NCBI GenBank assembly: GCA_023391895.1
Contig: JAEWAC010000157.1
Span: 118-64,117, forward strand
Source of the DNA: Bacteroidota bacterium
GTDB taxonomy: Bacteria; Bacteroidota; Bacteroidia; Chitinophagales; Chitinophagaceae
Reading direction: 5' to 3'
Length of the DNA stretch: 64,000 nucleotides
The notes beneath the pieces were generated by a model. That model had not been told where the DNA came from and ran no database searches. It saw nothing but the letters and a program-made list of their open reading frames with translations. Position 1 is the first letter of the stretch, and every line of letters begins with the position of its first letter. Positions 59,624 to 64,000 of the stretch are shown one piece after another. The position numbers and the translations under genes were made by a program.

Positions 59624-60811
59624 ATGGAACAACAGCATCGGCAACCATCCGTCCATAACAAAAACAGCTTTGATGTCATTGTACTAGGTGTTGGCTCTAT
59701 GGGCTCATCTGCCTGTTATTATCTGGCACAAAGGGGATATAACGTGCTGGGCATTGATCAATTTCATATTCCGCATGAAAGGGGTTCACACACAGGCCAA
59801 AGCAGGATCATACGCAAAGCCTATTACGAGCACCCTGACTATGTACCGCTCTTACAGAAAGCGTACAACAATTGGAAAAGCCTTGAAGCAATGGCCGGCA
59901 CGCAGCTATACTATCCAACCGGATTGCTATACATGGCACCGCCAGAAAGCAAATTGATAAAGGGCATAAGAACATCTGCTGCTGCCTATAATATCCCTTT
60001 GGAAAATGTCGGCCACAATGAAGATAAAGAAACCTTTCATCAGTTTCACTTGCCTGAAAACTATGTAAAAATCTTGGAGCAGGACGCCGGTTTCGTACTG
60101 GTGGAGAAAACCATACTTGCTTATTATGAAGCTGCCATAAGATGTGGGGCCACCATAAAAACAGCAGAAAAGATATTGAACTGGACAGACAAGGGCAACG
60201 ACATCCATGTAAAAACAAGCAAAGCTGTTTATACAACCAAGAAATTAGTCATCACAGCCGGTCCATGGACACCAGAACTTATACCCCTATTGAAAGAAAA
60301 GCTACAGGTTACTCTACAATTGATGGCATGGGTAAAGCCCAAAAGATGGGAACCGTTTACAATGGGCAATTTACCTTGCTGGTTTATAACTGATGAGAAT
60401 TTCCCGGGATTTTTCTACGGATTTCCAGCCTTGCCTGCCGCCAAATATCACAATCCTCCAGGAATAAAGATTGCACATCATTATACAGGTAGCCAAGTGA
60501 CCCCAGAAGATAAAGACAACTTTGCTTTTGCTGAAGAAGTACAGAAGTTGCGTTACATACTTGATAAATATATGCCTGATGCCTTTGAAGAAATAGTAGA
60601 CATAAAAAGCTGTTTGTACACCAACAGCCCTGAAGGAAACTTTATCATTGATTTGCTACCACAACATGATGGTCGTATCGCCATAGCAGGTGCCTTCAGC
60701 GGCCATGGGTTCAAGTTTGTACCCATAGTTGGTGAGATTCTTGCTGATCTCGCTACAGAAGGTAAAACTGAATTACCCATTGGTTTTCTGAATGTACAAA
60801 GCGTTTTGTAA
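59624..60811 (+). CDS. solA: Monomeric sarcosine oxidase / N-methyltryptophan oxidase family flavoenzyme
   Basis: GVGSMG, GSHTGQSRIIRKAY, FYGFP, SCLYT (covalent-FAD Cys), FSGHGFKF. Confidence 0.9.
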   Translation: MEQQHRQPSVHNKNSFDVIVLGVGSMGSSACYYLAQRGYNVLGIDQFHIPHERGSHTGQSRIIRKAYYEHPDYVPLLQKAYNNWKSLEAMAGTQLYYPTGLLYMAPPESKLIKGIRTSAAAYNIPLENVGHNEDKETFHQFHLPENYVKILEQDAGFVLVEKTILAYYEAAIRCGATIKTAEKILNWTDKGNDIHVKTSKAVYTTKKLVITAGPWTPELIPLLKEKLQVTLQLMAWVKPKRWEPFTMGNLPCWFITDENFPGFFYGFPALPAAKYHNPPGIKIAHHYTGSQVTPEDKDNFAFAEEVQKLRYILDKYMPDAFEEIVDIKSCLYTNSPEGNFIIDLLPQHDGRIAIAGAFSGHGFKFVPIVGEILADLATEGKTELPIGFLNVQSVL

Positions 60812-61115
60812 ATGTTTATTCTTAGAAGTTCGGAAGCATGTGACAGTAGCAAACTGGGCCTATTTTGAAGCCTTTTCCTTCATATGTTACCTTTGTTAAG
60901 CATACCAGAGCAAGTAATTATATTTTTGTAGCCTCACATATAACCGTTTTCGGGCTCAGTTCCTGGCTGGTGGCAGGCTACACAGTTCCTTTGGCACCAT
61001 TTCCTTTAAGGTTGCTATGCATTATTTACCATCGGCTTTACAGTTGGGCTACTGTCTCTCATAGTTTTTGCCATCCTTTTTTCTTTTGCGACCAATCATT
61101 TCCAAACAACAATTC

Positions 61116-61270
61116 TGTATCACATTCCAATACCCTACCAGAGCAGAATCTGAACATTCCCGCTGGCATATCAGGGCTCCTAATTTTACCCTATCCTGCT
61201 CCCATGTGCGAAAAGAAAACCGGTGTTGTATGCTTTATCCATTTACCATTGGCTACGCCTTATTGCTTAA
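61116..61270 (+). repeat. Conserved promoter/leader module, copy 3 (more diverged, orphan)
   Basis: TGTATCAC, TGAACATTCCCGCTGGCAT, CTAATTTTAC, GCGAAAAGAAAACCGGTGTTGTATGCTTTATCC at near-identical spacing to copies 1 and 2. Confidence 0.75.
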
Positions 61271-61594
61271 GATGGAGCATCACAGCCACTATCCAAATAG
61301 ATGGAAAGCCTCCCCATACTTACTATCCCAACTGACAAGATACCATCTGGACAACCATAACCGCTACCCTCCAGGAACATAAAACAATGGGACTTTGGCC
61401 TCACTCAAGGGATACTTACCCTACACTAACATATAGGGTTGTTTTACCTAAAACCTTCCAACAATCATTCCCTGCTCACTCTGAAAACATCGACAATCTC
61501 CCGGTTTTGGTCTAACGAAAACGACCCGCCTCAACCGCCCTTTTTACCGTTCCGGCCAATGGAGATAATAATTTTGGTAAATCTAGGGAAACCT

Positions 61595-61999
61595 TTAAGG
61601 TTCAATTACCCGTTCTTTGCCTTTATGTGTGAGTTGGACAAAGCTGCCTTCATTGTACCCGTGGATCAGCACCCCTTCATCCGAAGCATTGACGAGGGTT
61701 AATCCCGAACCGTTCTCGGCGGAACCGAGCTTTACCAGGGGCTTGCCATTGGATTCAATTAATCGCAACAGTACGGTTTCCGGGTAGTGCTTCCCATCTA
61801 CCGACACCGGCGGTTGTATGGTGATACTGGCCCGAACTCTTCCTTGACTGTCCACAATTTCAAGCGCACGCCCCCGCAGGACCGGCGAAACGCTTGGTGG
61901 CTGCTGTTGCGCTCCTACTGGATGCAACTGCGACAACAAAAAGGTCATTAGGACCAGGTTCAACACTGTCAGGGCAAGGGTGATGTGTTGCACTTTCAT
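61595..61999 (-). CDS. Hypothetical exported or membrane-anchored protein
   Basis: Hydrophobic N-terminus then VLRGRALEIVDSQGRVRASI beta-rich domain. Confidence 0.75.
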   Translation of the reverse strand: MKVQHITLALTVLNLVLMTFLLSQLHPVGAQQQPPSVSPVLRGRALEIVDSQGRVRASITIQPPVSVDGKHYPETVLLRLIESNGKPLVKLGSAENGSGLTLVNASDEGVLIHGYNEGSFVQLTHKGKERVIEP

Positions 62000-62415
62000 G
62001 GTAGCCTCCTTTGTGTTTTAATGACACCTCTAAGATCGGCTTTCTTCCCGGCAGTAGCGAAAACGACTTCGAACCAAAACCAACTGTCTGAGGCCTTTCC
62101 CTGGTGTTAATGAATCCGGACGAACGCCAGCGGGCGCCAAAAGGGTATTAGTCTTGCAATAAGGGTATGGCTCCCCTCTGATACTTCAAAGCGTGGGAGG
62201 CTTTGTAGGTCTAAGGTGTATTGTAAGGCTTATGTCCAGGGTACCCACCGCTGGCAAGTGAGCCTGTTTTGCCTGGAGGACTTCAATGCCCAGAAGCACC
62301 AGTCAGGGTCATTTATGCCATTGGCAGCCAGATTGATTCGGTAAAACTCCGCTTCCGGAGCCCCCAGCGATCTCATTACATGGGACACCCGGGTGAGCTG
62401 TAGTTTTATGGCCCC

Positions 62416-62892
62416 TTAGGTAAATATTTCAATAACTTCTTTCAAATGCGCAAACTGTTGCATCAATTCTTCTCTTTTAGCCAAATCAAAGTCTTCAAAA
62501 TCAAAGCCGGGAGCAACCGTACAACTGACCAGTGCAAACCCTTTCCCATTTTTAACCCGGGCCGCAAACCACGTATTTGCAGGGATTGTTATCTGAGGAA
62601 CTTCGTTATTTTCAATGTCATTACCCAGCATGATGGTGGTTAGACGTGCGTCCTCAATTAATATTATTTCTAATGGTTGTCCTAAATGAAAAAACCATAA
62701 TTCATCTGATTGAATCCGGTGGAACAGCGATTTCTCCTCCGCTTCCAATAAGTAATAGATAGCAGTACTGAGATTTCTATTTTCATTTTTGTCATTGACG
62801 ATTCTATAACCAGACCGGTAGGTCTCCCTATAAAATCCGCCTTCAGGATGGGGGATTAGTTTCAGTTTATCGATGATGTCCTGTGCACGCAT
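62416..62892 (-). CDS. Cupin domain protein (DUF985/Cupin_5)
   Basis: PHPEGGFYRETYRS, TAIYYLL, HRIQSDELWFFH, SCTVAPGFDFEDF. Confidence 0.92.
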   Translation of the reverse strand: MRAQDIIDKLKLIPHPEGGFYRETYRSGYRIVNDKNENRNLSTAIYYLLEAEEKSLFHRIQSDELWFFHLGQPLEIILIEDARLTTIMLGNDIENNEVPQITIPANTWFAARVKNGKGFALVSCTVAPGFDFEDFDLAKREELMQQFAHLKEVIEIFT

Positions 62893-63550
62893 ACGGAGGG
62901 AATGGTTTTTTAAATTCTAACGAACGGCGGGGGGTGCCAAATGGGGCTGCCTTTCGCTAAAGGTATGGATCCCTTCCCTTAGTTCAAACTACCGGGAGCG
63001 GTGTAATCCTAAAGCTTTATTTATGGCCTACATCGAGGTCAACCAGCACTACCGTCCGTACCGATAGTTCACCGCCTTCAGCCGTGGTTCCGATGCCGGT
63101 TCAAGGGGCTAACTCCCTACCTGTGCCGGCCCCTGTGAAGCCGCCATCCAAACCTGCCTGCTGATATTTCAAGGCACAAGCACGCGCCCTTTATTCAACA
63201 TGCACCGTGCTGGCCGCCTTCGGTCCACTTGAAAAGTCTGATGAACCAAGCCATACCTGGCGGTAGGGCTTACCAACCATGCATTTTACCTTTATAACTA
63301 CCCCTTACTACCCTCATGATGTCCCTTAAATGAGGTATACCGGTTCTTACGGACAGTTGATTGGCTTGGTTAAATAATAAGAACATGTGTGCGGCGTATG
63401 GATTGCTGTTTTGGTCAGTAGAATATCACTGATCTTGCCCGCCCTATTGACAGCTCAAAAACCAGGTGACTGGCGCCTATTGATACATGAGTACTTTTAT
63501 ACATTTATTTTCACCAAAAATGTATCTTTAAAAGAACGAAACCAAAGGTT

Positions 63551-63904
63551 ATGATTTTTCCCAAAAGCATCGCCCTGGCGCTGGTTTTTTTGCCCTGTAT
63601 CGCGTTTAAACCCCTTCACCACGGCTGGGCCAGTTATGACCAGGAAAAAGTACTGGACTATACCGGCATTATCCAGGAGTCGGTTTATGAAAACCCACAC
63701 GTAGTGGCTACCGTAAAACAAAACAATAAAACCTGGACCGTGGTGCTGGCCCCGGTCAGCCGCATGAATGCCCGGGGCCTTACAGCCGCCATGCTGAAAA
63801 AAGGCACAACCCTAAAAGTGGTAGGGTATCCGCATAAAGAAGTTCGTGATGAAATGCGGGCAGAACGCATTTTCATTGAAGGAAAGAACTATGAACTACG
63901 GTAG
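63551..63904 (+). CDS. DUF6152-like secreted protein
   Basis: Signal peptide followed by HHGWASYD, ENPH, EMRAERI. Confidence 0.8.
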   Translation: MIFPKSIALALVFLPCIAFKPLHHGWASYDQEKVLDYTGIIQESVYENPHVVATVKQNNKTWTVVLAPVSRMNARGLTAAMLKKGTTLKVVGYPHKEVRDEMRAERIFIEGKNYELR

Positions 63905-63940
63905 CGTTCACAGATTATTCTCCAATCCGACCAGTCTGCT

Positions 63941-64000
63941 ATGCTACAATGGTTAGAAGACTCTTCCCTTGCGGTTGCCCTTCGCCAGTCCACCTGGTTA
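63941..64000 (+). CDS. Start of a membrane protein of the type usually paired with DUF6152 (3' partial)
   Basis: MLQWLEDSSLAVALRQSTWL runs off the window end. Confidence 0.6.
   Translation, partial: MLQWLEDSSLAVALRQSTWL

Overview
Chromosomal DNA from a Bacteroidota member, probably Chitinophagaceae (SusC/SusD pairs, T9SS C-terminal domains, TAnnTTTG promoters; the taxonomy is inferred). Left to right: (1) a partial multi-PAS histidine kinase. (2) Two Gfo/Idh/MocA, TIM-barrel and DUF1080 clusters plus an ECF-sigma/FecR/SusC/SusD locus with no classical glycoside hydrolase; between them lie a candidate repeat-motif sRNA and a decayed T9SS gene. (3) CE7 and CE4-like esterases and a PVC-type heme lipoprotein. 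(4) A ~9 kb accessory detox region between dead IS5 and ISAs1 elements, including an unannotated 32-aa metallothionein-like ORF before an isonitrile-hydratase-like DJ-1 gene. (5) A SusC-SusD-cyanophycinase-like-ThrC-like-M14 peptidase operon whose exported proteins are strongly depleted in Cys and Met. Its leader carries a palindromic operator, Cys-containing uORFs and a long hairpin, suggesting a sulfur-starvation peptide-scavenging system. (6) A SprB-repeat T9SS type B protein, with a conserved ~190-bp promoter/leader module present three times in the window. (7) A complete extended reductive pyrimidine catabolic operon divergent from psuG plus a sarcosine-oxidase-like gene, suggesting catabolism of N-methylated or otherwise modified uridines. 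(8) Small hypothetical, cupin and DUF6152 genes. No rRNA, tRNA or CRISPR array was seen. All family calls come from motif recognition by eye; no database search was run.
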